From: an uncultured Gemmatimonadales bacterium
Lineage (GTDB): Bacteria > Gemmatimonadota > Gemmatimonadetes > Gemmatimonadales > GWC2-71-9
DNA length: 64,000 bases
NCBI GenBank assembly: GCA_963779755.1
Contig: CAVZZO010000003.1
Span: 1,280,001 to 1,344,000, forward strand
Reading direction: 5' to 3'
Program-made: the position numbers and the translations under genes
Notes under the pieces: generated by a model
Database searches by the model: none
The model's input: the letters and a program-made list of their open reading frames with translations, nothing else
Told to the model about the DNA's origin: nothing
Shown here: in pieces, positions 23,201 through 30,065 of the stretch
Layout: every line of letters begins with the position of its first letter
How positions within the stretch are numbered: the stretch's first letter is position 1

Positions 23201-24586
23201 GCGGCGAGCCTGGCAGACACGCTGGGCATCGCCGCCGGCGATGCCGCTATCGCGCTGGCGGAGCTGGAGGCCGAAGGCACCGTGCTGCGCGGCTATTTCA
23301 CCCCCGATGCCGGTGTGCTCGAGTGGTGCCACCGACGGCTGCTGGCCCGCATCCATCGCTACACCCTCACCCGGCTCCGCACCGAGATCGAGCCGGTGAA
23401 TGCCGCCGATTTCATGCGGTTCCTCTTCACCTGGCAGCGGGTCGAGCCGGAAACCCGGGCCAGCGGTCTGGAGGGCCTCTCGGCGGTGCTGGATCAACTG
23501 GACGGGTACGAGCTGCCCTCGGGCGCCTGGGAGAGCGATGTGCTGGCTCTGCGGATCAACGAATACGACCCTGCGCTGCTCGACACGCTCTGCCTCACCG
23601 GGCGGGTGGCCTGGGGACGGCTCTCCGAGGCCCGGCAGCCGGAGGGCCAGGGCGCGCCGGGCCGCCCCATCCGCTCGACCCCGGTGGCGCTGTTCCGCCG
23701 CGACCACGCCAATCTCTGGCGCGCCCTGGCACCGGCTCCCCAACCGCCGGCGCTCTCGACCTATGCCGCCCTGGTCAGCGAAGCGCTGGAACGGCGGGGA
23801 GCTTCGTTCTTCCAGGAGATCGTCGCCGCCTCGGGGCTCCTGGCAACCCAGGTCGAGGAGGCCCTGGGCGAGCTCGCCTCGCTGGGCCGGGTCACCTCGG
23901 ACGGCTTCACCGGCCTGCGGGCGCTGGTTACGCCGGCCGACCGCCGGCCTCCGGTGGGCGCCCGGCGCCGGGCCCGGGCGGCGGTTCCGGCCGGGGTGGA
24001 AACGGCGGGGCGATGGGCGCTGATCGAGGGCGGCAGGACGGCAGGACGGCAGGACGGCAGGCAGGATGACCCGCCGGGAAAGCCGGACGACCGCGGGCAG
24101 CCGATCGAGGCCTTTGCCTGGACGCTGTTGCGGCGGTATGGCGTGGTCTTTCGCAGGCTGCTCGCGCCCGAAGCGCTGGCGCCCGCCTGGCGCGAGCTGG
24201 TGATGGTCTATCGCCGGCTGGAGGCTCGGGGAGAGATCCGGGGCGGCCGTTTCGTGGCCGGCGTCTCGGGCGAGCAGTTCGCCCTGCCGGAGGCGGTGGG
24301 GTCGCTGCGTTCGGCCCGGCGCCGGGAGCCGACCGGCCGCCTGCTCAGCATCAGCGCAGCCGATCCCCTGAACCTCACCGGCATCGTCACGCCGGGGCCG
24401 CGGGTGCCCGCCCTCGCGTCATACCGGATTATCTACCAGGACGGCGTCCCCCTCGCCTCGCGGGAGGGAGGCCAGATCCGGCCGCTGGCGCTGATCCCGC
24501 CGGAACGGACGCACGAGATCGAGCGGGCGCTGGTGCGGAAACGGCCGATAGAAGCGCGGAGCGGGGCGGTCGGAAAGGTGGGATAA
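20237..24586 (+). CDS. lhr: Lhr-family ATP-dependent DExH helicase with extended C-terminal domain
   Basis: APTGSGKT, TTPESLYLLL, DEIH, LSAT, ATASLELGIDIG, QRVGRAGH; C-terminal LLRRYGVVF, GEIRGGRFV..GEQFA, AADPLNL. Confidence 0.93.
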   Translation: MAPELFHPAVSRWFSRRFGAPTPAQQRGWEAIRSGRHTLIAAPTGSGKTLAAFLSALDDLLREGQDGPLADETRVLYVSPLKALTADIHYNLTEPRREIRQVAEEMGAEPVRITAAMRTGDTPSAARAAMLRTPPHILVTTPESLYLLLTAERSREMLRTVRTVIVDEIHAVIESRRGAHLALSLERLGHITGREPQRIGLSATQKPIEAVAAWLTGTDDPAACAIVDEGHRRALDLGLEVPGAPLEAVMSAEVWEEVYARLAELIDQHRTTLVFVNTRRLAERAARHLAERLGEEAVTAHHGSLSKDVRLDAEERLKSGKLRALVATASLELGIDIGHVDLVCQLGSPRRISTFLQRVGRAGHTVHGTPKGRLFPLSRDELVECTALLRATGRGDLDRLVIPPKPFDVLAQQVVAETACEDWQEEDLFQLARRAWPYRTLTREEFAETVEMTAQGFSTRRGRRGALVHHDAVHHRLRGRRGARLLALTSGGAIPDNADYRVVLEPEGTFLGTLNEDFAVESMAGDVFQLGNTSWRILRIESGVVRVEDARGEPPSIPFWLGEAPGRSDELSLEVSRLRADLEPLLADEEAAIAWLLAETGIGRPAAAQLVRYLAEARRLLGALPTQDCLVAERFFDEAGGMQLIVHSPFGSRMNRAWGLALRKRFCRQFNFELQAAATEDGILLSLGPQHSFPLEDVFRFLQPESAENILVQALLDAPMFGTHWRWNATIALAIARNRGGRKVAPQLQRMQAEDLLAAVFPDAAACLENIAGDREVPDHLLARQTIADCLHEVMDIDGLRTVLERIRSGNVRLVARDLPEPSTLASEVVNARVYAFLDDAPLEERRTQAVYTRRALEPSSAGDLGALDVAAIERVRGEAWPDPRDADEMHDALLTSGILTTAGRQDGRAAGEDWAALLQELLATGRAGRMGDRWFATERVEEIRAVFPDAVIEPPGLTAPGDVPRPDRQSAVKELVRGQLEILGPVTAASLADTLGIAAGDAAIALAELEAEGTVLRGYFTPDAGVLEWCHRRLLARIHRYTLTRLRTEIEPVNAADFMRFLFTWQRVEPETRASGLEGLSAVLDQLDGYELPSGAWESDVLALRINEYDPALLDTLCLTGRVAWGRLSEARQPEGQGAPGRPIRSTPVALFRRDHANLWRALAPAPQPPALSTYAALVSEALERRGASFFQEIVAASGLLATQVEEALGELASLGRVTSDGFTGLRALVTPADRRPPVGARRRARAAVPAGVETAGRWALIEGGRTAGRQDGRQDDPPGKPDDRGQPIEAFAWTLLRRYGVVFRRLLAPEALAPAWRELVMVYRRLEARGEIRGGRFVAGVSGEQFALPEAVGSLRSARRREPTGRLLSISAADPLNLTGIVTPGPRVPALASYRIIYQDGVPLASREGGQIRPLALIPPERTHEIERALVRKRPIEARSGAVGKVG
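22939..22971 (+). repeat. GACGGCAG octamer array inside lhr
   Basis: About 4 units, encoding TAGRQDGRAAG. Confidence 0.85.
24029..24066 (+). repeat. GACGGCAG octamer array inside lhr
   Basis: 4 units plus a partial unit, encoding GGRTAGRQDGRQD. Confidence 0.85.
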
Positions 24587-24590
24587 CGAC

Positions 24591-24650
24591 GGGAAACGGG
24601 AAGAGGGAAAGGATATTGTATCTCTCCCCTTTCCCTTTTCCCCATTCCCG
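24591..24650. repeat. Purine/pyrimidine heptamer inverted repeat between convergent genes
   Basis: GGGAAACGGGAAGAGGGAAAGG...CCCCTTTCCCTTTTCCCCATTCCCG; relatives at about 29980, 53550 and 56795. Confidence 0.7.
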
Positions 24651-24659
24651 CAGTTGAGT

Positions 24660-25244
24660 TCAGCTCTGGTTCCCCGCAAACAGCACGTTGTACAACACCA
24701 GCCCGTGGTGCACGGCCGTCGCGATCAGCTCGGCTTCGTAGTACGGCATGGAACCGAGCTGGTCCTTGAGCCCGTCCAGGGCCCCCGCCACCTGCTCCCC
24801 CGAGCGCATCCCCTTGAAGCGCTGCAGCAGACCGGTGCGCAGCGCCTCTTCGACCCACGGCTTGGTCTCCACGGTGGCCACCGTCGCCACCACGTCGGCG
24901 ATGGAGCCGTCGGGGTTCATGGTCAGGCCCACTTCCAGCGGCCCATGGACCGTGTTCACCTGGGGGAAGAAGACCACCCCCTGCAGCTCGCCCCCGGCAT
25001 TCTTCCCGAGATAGAACTTCATGTCGGGATCCTGCGGGTTCCAGTCCACTTTCGCCTGAATGGCGTCGAGGTCGTTCTTTCCGATGGTCACGTCACGGAC
25101 GAAGAACCGCGTGGCGCCGGGCAGCGTCTGGCGGATGACGTCCACCTGTTTCGCCAGCACCACCTTGGGGGTGGGGTGCGCCCGCGGAACGAGCAACAGC
25201 GGCAGGGCCAGCGCGGCGCCGGCCAGTCGGGACAACCCTCGCAT
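24660..25244 (-). CDS. Exported protein, FMN-binding-domain-like (RnfG/NqrC-type fold), lacking a clear flavinylation motif
   Basis: Signal peptide MRGLSRLAGAALALPLLLVPRA; TVHGPLEVGLTMNPDGSIADV; LLQRFKG; no SGAT motif. Confidence 0.65.
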   Translation of the reverse strand: MRGLSRLAGAALALPLLLVPRAHPTPKVVLAKQVDVIRQTLPGATRFFVRDVTIGKNDLDAIQAKVDWNPQDPDMKFYLGKNAGGELQGVVFFPQVNTVHGPLEVGLTMNPDGSIADVVATVATVETKPWVEEALRTGLLQRFKGMRSGEQVAGALDGLKDQLGSMPYYEAELIATAVHHGLVLYNVLFAGNQS

Positions 25245-25246
25245 GT

Positions 25247-25801
25247 TCAGACCTCCTGTCCGGTCCGGCGCGCCGTCACGGCGCGCAGGGTTCCGATGAG
25301 TACGATAAGATAGACCAGCGACATCCCCCAGCCGGATACGATCGTCAGCCAGGCGAAGCCGGGAATGCCGAAGTTCATCAGCCACTGTCCGGCAAAGTCC
25401 AGTGCTCCGAACCCGAAGGCGCCGAGGATCATCAGCTCGCGAAATCCGCGGGACCACCCCAGGCCAAGAATGATGAGCGTCTCCAGGGCCGCCACGATGG
25501 AGTAGATCATGATGTGAATATGGCTGTCCTGGACCAGCAGCTGGGTATCCACGGTATGCTGCATTTCCGGCACCTTGCCCAGATCGAGCGGCTGGGTCAT
25601 GGACATCGACGTATCGGGCATGCCCGATTCCTTGACGGCCGGCGGGGGCACGTAGGTCGCCTGCACCTTGGCCGGCGTCAGCCCGGACCAGGTCTTCACC
25701 ATGAAGAAGGCGAAGATGTAGGCGTAGCCCAGCACCAGCAGAAACAGCACGGCGGCCAGTTTGACCGAGCGGTCGGCGTCCCGGAGACGATAGAGACCCA
25801 T
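25247..25801 (-). CDS. Four-TM membrane protein with a Met-rich loop and HxH motif
   Basis: Loop GMPDTSMSMTQ...EMQH; DSHIHIM at the start of TM2. Confidence 0.75.
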   Translation of the reverse strand: MGLYRLRDADRSVKLAAVLFLLVLGYAYIFAFFMVKTWSGLTPAKVQATYVPPPAVKESGMPDTSMSMTQPLDLGKVPEMQHTVDTQLLVQDSHIHIMIYSIVAALETLIILGLGWSRGFRELMILGAFGFGALDFAGQWLMNFGIPGFAWLTIVSGWGMSLVYLIVLIGTLRAVTARRTGQEV

Positions 25802-25809
25802 GGATGCTC

Positions 25810-26976
25810 CTAGAAGAACGTCACCACCGTCTGCAGCCGGTATTCGATGTTCCAGTTGTCCAGGCCGCTACTGGTTTCGAAGACCGGCTCGGTGGAGTGG
25901 TTGACCCGCACTTCCGCCCGAAACTGCAGCTGGGGAATGCGATAGGTGGTGTGCTGCACGTTGGCGAAGATGCCCTCGCGCCCCACGCCCAGCGAATACA
26001 CCGGCGCAAAGGTGTAGGACGTCAGGGTCTGCGCCGTGCCGGTGCGCATCCCGTCGCCGTCGTGGAATACCTCGGCCCGGCCGGCCAGCCCGAAATGGCG
26101 GCTCAACTGGTGGAAGACGGTCAGCATGGCGCCCGCCCAGGTGGCATCGCCACCGCCCGCCAGCACCTTCCGGTCGCCGCCGTAGTTGGCCTCGCCGGCG
26201 ATGATCCAGTTCCAGGTGGGCTGCAGCGCGTAGTCGAAGGTGAGGAGGTAGCGGTTATTGGTCATGCCCTGGTCGCCCTCGACGCCGTAGAGGCCGCTCA
26301 GGCCCAGACTGACCCCGTCGGCCGGCAGCAGCCCCAGCCGGGCGCCGCCGCTCTTCCCCTTGTTGGGATCGATATCGCTATCCCAGCCGTTGAACACAAA
26401 GGCGGAGACGTCCACCCGCGGAGTGGCAGCCCAGAAGCTCATGACGCCCACCATCTTGACCGGCCGCGCCAGCTCGAAGTTGTAGCTGGGCGAGGCCAGC
26501 AGGTTCAGAGGCTCGTCGTCGCGCTCGAACCCGATCGGCAGGTCCACCTTCCCGAAGTTGAACAGGAGATTGCTCGCGCCCGGCACGGTCACGCTCACCA
26601 GCAGATTATCGATCTCGGTCTCGGTGACCGGCTCGCCGCCGGGTGTCTCCGGCGCGCCCAGGGCCGTGGTGAGCTGGCCGAAGAAATAGCTGTAGTCGGT
26701 GATCGGCTTGAAGACGCCGACTGCGACCTTGCTGGCTTCGAAAGTGTTGGTTCCGGTGCGGCCGTCATAGTTGTAGTTCCCGACCCCGAACCCGGTCACC
26801 TGCAGCGCGTTCTGGTCGCCGCTGGAGAGGTTCAGTGACTGGTCGCCTCCCTCGAGACTGATGGGGTGGTCGCCCGAATCCGGGACCTGAGCCCGCGCCG
26901 TGCCGGTCAAGCCGGCCAGGGCGGCCAGGGCCAGCAGCATGGCTCCCACCCGGGGGGTGATCGGTGAGATATGCAT
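25810..26976 (-). CDS. Outer-membrane beta-barrel porin
   Basis: Signal peptide ending ARAQ, alternating amphipathic strands, FGKVDLPIGFE, FNGWD, terminal Phe (TVVTFF); GCGGAGG SD. Confidence 0.85.
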   Translation of the reverse strand: MHISPITPRVGAMLLALAALAGLTGTARAQVPDSGDHPISLEGGDQSLNLSSGDQNALQVTGFGVGNYNYDGRTGTNTFEASKVAVGVFKPITDYSYFFGQLTTALGAPETPGGEPVTETEIDNLLVSVTVPGASNLLFNFGKVDLPIGFERDDEPLNLLASPSYNFELARPVKMVGVMSFWAATPRVDVSAFVFNGWDSDIDPNKGKSGGARLGLLPADGVSLGLSGLYGVEGDQGMTNNRYLLTFDYALQPTWNWIIAGEANYGGDRKVLAGGGDATWAGAMLTVFHQLSRHFGLAGRAEVFHDGDGMRTGTAQTLTSYTFAPVYSLGVGREGIFANVQHTTYRIPQLQFRAEVRVNHSTEPVFETSSGLDNWNIEYRLQTVVTFF

Positions 26977-27076
26977 GGTCCTCCGCAGAGTTCGCAGCCA
27001 ATAGTCCGCGCCGCCGGACCATGGCGGCCGCGGGCGTGCAGGGTGCACGTCGCCTTGAGCAGTCAGGGGAAGCGCG

Positions 27077-27430
27077 TCAGGCGAGGCGCGGAGGCGGCGG
27101 ATCGGCGGAGAGGGTGTGCCGGGTCTGGAGCTGCGGCAGAAATACCGGCTCCTCCGACAGGAGGCGGCCAGCCGGCAAGGCTGCGACCGGCTCGGCCTGC
27201 AACATGGGCGAGAGCCCCTGCTGCATCAGGGGCGTGTGCGCTGCTACACCTTCGGTGTGGCAGGCCGCGCCGTGCATGGCCATCGGCATTTCGCCGGCGC
27301 CGGTATGAGGCGTTTCGGCCCGTGGAGCGCCGCCGGCGCTCAGGCAGATTACCGCGCAGACCACCCACGCCTGGGCCGCCACAAAGGCGGCCAGGACGGC
27401 GAGTGCGGAGAGGCGGCGGCGCAGCGGCAT
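27077..27430 (-). CDS. CutF/CruR(DUF2946)-like leader peptide, 117 aa
   Basis: Signal/TM N-terminus, CAVIC, EMPMAMHGAACH, C-terminal DPPPPRLA; C-terminal part of track ORF 27077..28192, restarted at ATG 27430. Confidence 0.78.
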   Translation of the reverse strand: MPLRRRLSALAVLAAFVAAQAWVVCAVICLSAGGAPRAETPHTGAGEMPMAMHGAACHTEGVAAHTPLMQQGLSPMLQAEPVAALPAGRLLSEEPVFLPQLQTRHTLSADPPPPRLA

Positions 27431-27553
27431 CAGGTCGAAAATCCCCGAAAGTGTGGGAGGTTTAAGGTAACACTGGTCCGGAGGACAGGGTACCCGCTTG
27501 GCCCCGGGCCCGCAGTGGTCTATGCTCAGCGCATCGTTCTGCCAGGAGGAGAC

Positions 27554-28273
27554 ATGCGGCTCCGGGTCGGCACCAGCGGCTACGCGTACAAGGAATGGAA
27601 GGGCTCGTTCTACCCGGCCGACCTGAAGCCGGAGCGGATGCTCGCCCATTACGCGTCGCGGCTCGACACGGTCGAGATCAACAACACCTTCTACCGCATG
27701 CCGTCGGAGACGGTGCTGCTGGGGTGGGCCGGCCAGGTGCCGGCGGAGTTCCGCTTCGTGCTGAAGGCGCCGCGCCGGCTGACCCATATCCAGCGGCTGA
27801 CCATCGAAGACGACAGCCTGGAGTACTTCCTGCGCACGGCCGGGGTGCTGGGGGAGCGGCTGGGCGCCGCCCTCTTTCAGCTTCCTCCCACCCTCAAGAA
27901 GGACACCGGCCGCCTGGCCGGATTCCTCGCCCGGCTTCCCCGTACGTGGCGCAGCGCCTTCGAGTTCCGCCATGCCTCCTGGCTGGACGATGACGTTCTG
28001 GCGCTGCTGCGTGAGCACAACGCCGCCCTCTGCCTGGCCGATACCGACGAAGCTCCGGCCTCGCCCCTGGTGACGGCGGACTGGGGCTATCTCCGGCTGC
28101 GCCGCTCCGGCTATTCCCGCGAAGATCTGGCGGCCTGGGCCCGGCGCATCCGGGAGCAGCCCTGGACGGCGGCGTACGTTTTCCTCAAGCACGAGGACAC
28201 CGGCGCCGGACCGGAACTGGCCGAAGCGCTGCTCGAGCTGGCGGGCGGGACGGGCGAGGCTACTTCATCTTGA
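27554..28273 (+). CDS. DUF72 (YecE-like) protein
   Basis: VGTSGYAYKEWKGSFYP, VEINNTFY, LFQLPP, AFEFRHASW, YLRLR. Confidence 0.93.
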   Translation: MRLRVGTSGYAYKEWKGSFYPADLKPERMLAHYASRLDTVEINNTFYRMPSETVLLGWAGQVPAEFRFVLKAPRRLTHIQRLTIEDDSLEYFLRTAGVLGERLGAALFQLPPTLKKDTGRLAGFLARLPRTWRSAFEFRHASWLDDDVLALLREHNAALCLADTDEAPASPLVTADWGYLRLRRSGYSREDLAAWARRIREQPWTAAYVFLKHEDTGAGPELAEALLELAGGTGEATSS

Positions 28274-28823
28274 GCACACCCCGCCACCCGGTGGCGTGCG
28301 GGAGCGGGGTTGCGCTGGTCTCCGAGAAACGCTCCACCGCAAAGGTCAGGGACGGGTCCACCGCGCGGGCCCGCCGGATCAGGTCCGCCAGATCGCGCCG
28401 CAGCGAGGTGGTGTAGATCAGAGTGCGGGGACCCGATGCCCCCTGGCCGGCAAATGTCGTGACATCATGCCCCGCCGAGCGGAGCGCGGCGGCAATCGCC
28501 TCCGGCTGGGTGGCGGTGATGATCCGGACCACGCAGGATCCCAGGCGCAGCCGCCGCTCCAGCAGGATGCCGACTGCGTTGCCGGCCGCGAACCCCGCCG
28601 GATAGGCCAGCACCAGCAGCGGGCTCTGGTTGATCCTGGTGATCACCTGGGAGACAGCGGTGATCCAGACCAGCACCTCGAAGAAGCCCAGGACGACCGA
28701 CAGCCGGACGCGTCCGTGCACCACGGAGATCGTACGCAGGGTTCCGAAGGACACGTCGACGATGCGAAGACAGAAGATGAGCCCCGCGACCGTAGCGACG
28801 GGGAGCGCGTCCAGCCATGCCAT
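28260..28823 (-). CDS. DUF5698/DUF2179 (UPF0316) membrane protein
   Basis: IFCLRIVDVSFGTLR, LGFFEVLVW, AYPAGFAAGNAVG. Confidence 0.88.
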   Translation of the reverse strand: MAWLDALPVATVAGLIFCLRIVDVSFGTLRTISVVHGRVRLSVVLGFFEVLVWITAVSQVITRINQSPLLVLAYPAGFAAGNAVGILLERRLRLGSCVVRIITATQPEAIAAALRSAGHDVTTFAGQGASGPRTLIYTTSLRRDLADLIRRARAVDPSLTFAVERFSETSATPLPHATGWRGVLKMK

Positions 28824-28889
28824 GGCAGATACCTCTCCTTGGGGAAATCCTGCAGAAGGTAGGCTCAACCGGCGCCCGGCGCCAAAGAG

Positions 28890-28939
28890 TGTGACCTGGA
28901 TCACACCCCGGCGGGGGTGATTGTGTGATATGGGTCACA
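28890..28939. promoter_or_regulatory. Two perfect CRP-consensus boxes in a divergent promoter
   Basis: TGTGA-CCTGGA-TCACA (28890-28905) and TGTGA-TATGGG-TCACA (28924-28939). Confidence 0.75.
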
Positions 28940-29060
28940 CCGGCCGTTTGGCCTCTTGGCGCACACTACCGGGGCCATATATTGGGGCCGCGCGCGGACG
29001 CCACAGGTGGCCGTCCGGCGCTTCCCGGATGCAGGGTTGCCGACCTACTAAGGAGAAGGC

Positions 29061-29972
29061 ATGCGCACGTTCGCGAGAGGGAGCGCGTTGCTGGTCATCG
29101 CGCTCGCGGGACTGGCCGGTTGCGACAGCAAGGTCAAGCAGGAGAACGCGGAGCTGAAACAGCAGGTCCAGCAGATGGCTGCGGTTTCCGCCGAGAAGGA
29201 CAGCCTGATGGGACTGGTGGTGGAAAACACCCAGATGGTGAACGACATCAACGCCCAGCTCAGCAAGGTGAAGAACCTGAAGAGCGGCGTCCTGCCGGTC
29301 ACCGCTCCCGAGACGGGCCAGCCGGACACGGTGAACGCCCGGACCTACCTGCTCGCGCGGGTGAAGGAAGTCACCGAACGGGTGAACAAGGCGGAGGACC
29401 GGCTGCGAGGCACTCAGCAGCGGCTGGCCCGGCTCTCGCGCGCGAACGATACGCTGAAGACCGCGCTGACCAACTTTGAGGAGACGGTTCAGAAATTCCA
29501 GGCGATCATCGATACCCAGAAGGTGACGATCGCCAGCATGACCGATCAGATCAACCAGCTGCAGGAACAGAACGTCCAGCTCGTGGCCGAGAAGCAGGCA
29601 CTGACCGATACGGTCAGCAACCTGACCGCCCAGAAAAACACGGTCTACTACGCCATCGGCACCAAGGACTCCCTGCGCAATGAAGGCATCGTGCGGCAGG
29701 AGGGCAGCAAGTTCCTCATTTTCGGCGGCCACACGCTGCAGCCCGCCCGCGATCTGCCGGTGGACGAGTTCACCGCGGTGGACATGCGGGAGGCGACCAC
29801 CATTCCGCTGCCCGATTCGACCCACTGGTACAAAATCGTCTCGCGGCAGAACCTGACCGGCCTCGCCACGCCGCCCGACGACAAGGGCCGGGTGAAAGGC
29901 AGCACCATCGAGATCGCCCAGCCGGCGGTATTCTGGGGGCCCAGCCGGTATCTGATTGTGGTGCGGGACTGA
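29061..29972 (+). CDS. Coiled-coil lipoprotein with a globular C-terminal domain (resembles Bacteroidota Cbp1-type proteins)
   Basis: Lipobox LAGC; long heptad region; NTVYYAIGTK..L...GI and FW..SRYLIV; family assignment from memory. Confidence 0.7.
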   Translation: MRTFARGSALLVIALAGLAGCDSKVKQENAELKQQVQQMAAVSAEKDSLMGLVVENTQMVNDINAQLSKVKNLKSGVLPVTAPETGQPDTVNARTYLLARVKEVTERVNKAEDRLRGTQQRLARLSRANDTLKTALTNFEETVQKFQAIIDTQKVTIASMTDQINQLQEQNVQLVAEKQALTDTVSNLTAQKNTVYYAIGTKDSLRNEGIVRQEGSKFLIFGGHTLQPARDLPVDEFTAVDMREATTIPLPDSTHWYKIVSRQNLTGLATPPDDKGRVKGSTIEIAQPAVFWGPSRYLIVVRD

Positions 29973-30065
29973 AATAACGGTGGGAAACGGCGAAGAGGGA
30001 AAGGGGAAACGGACAGCCACCGTTTCCCCTTTCCCTTTTCCCGCTTCCCATGGACGCCAGGCCGC

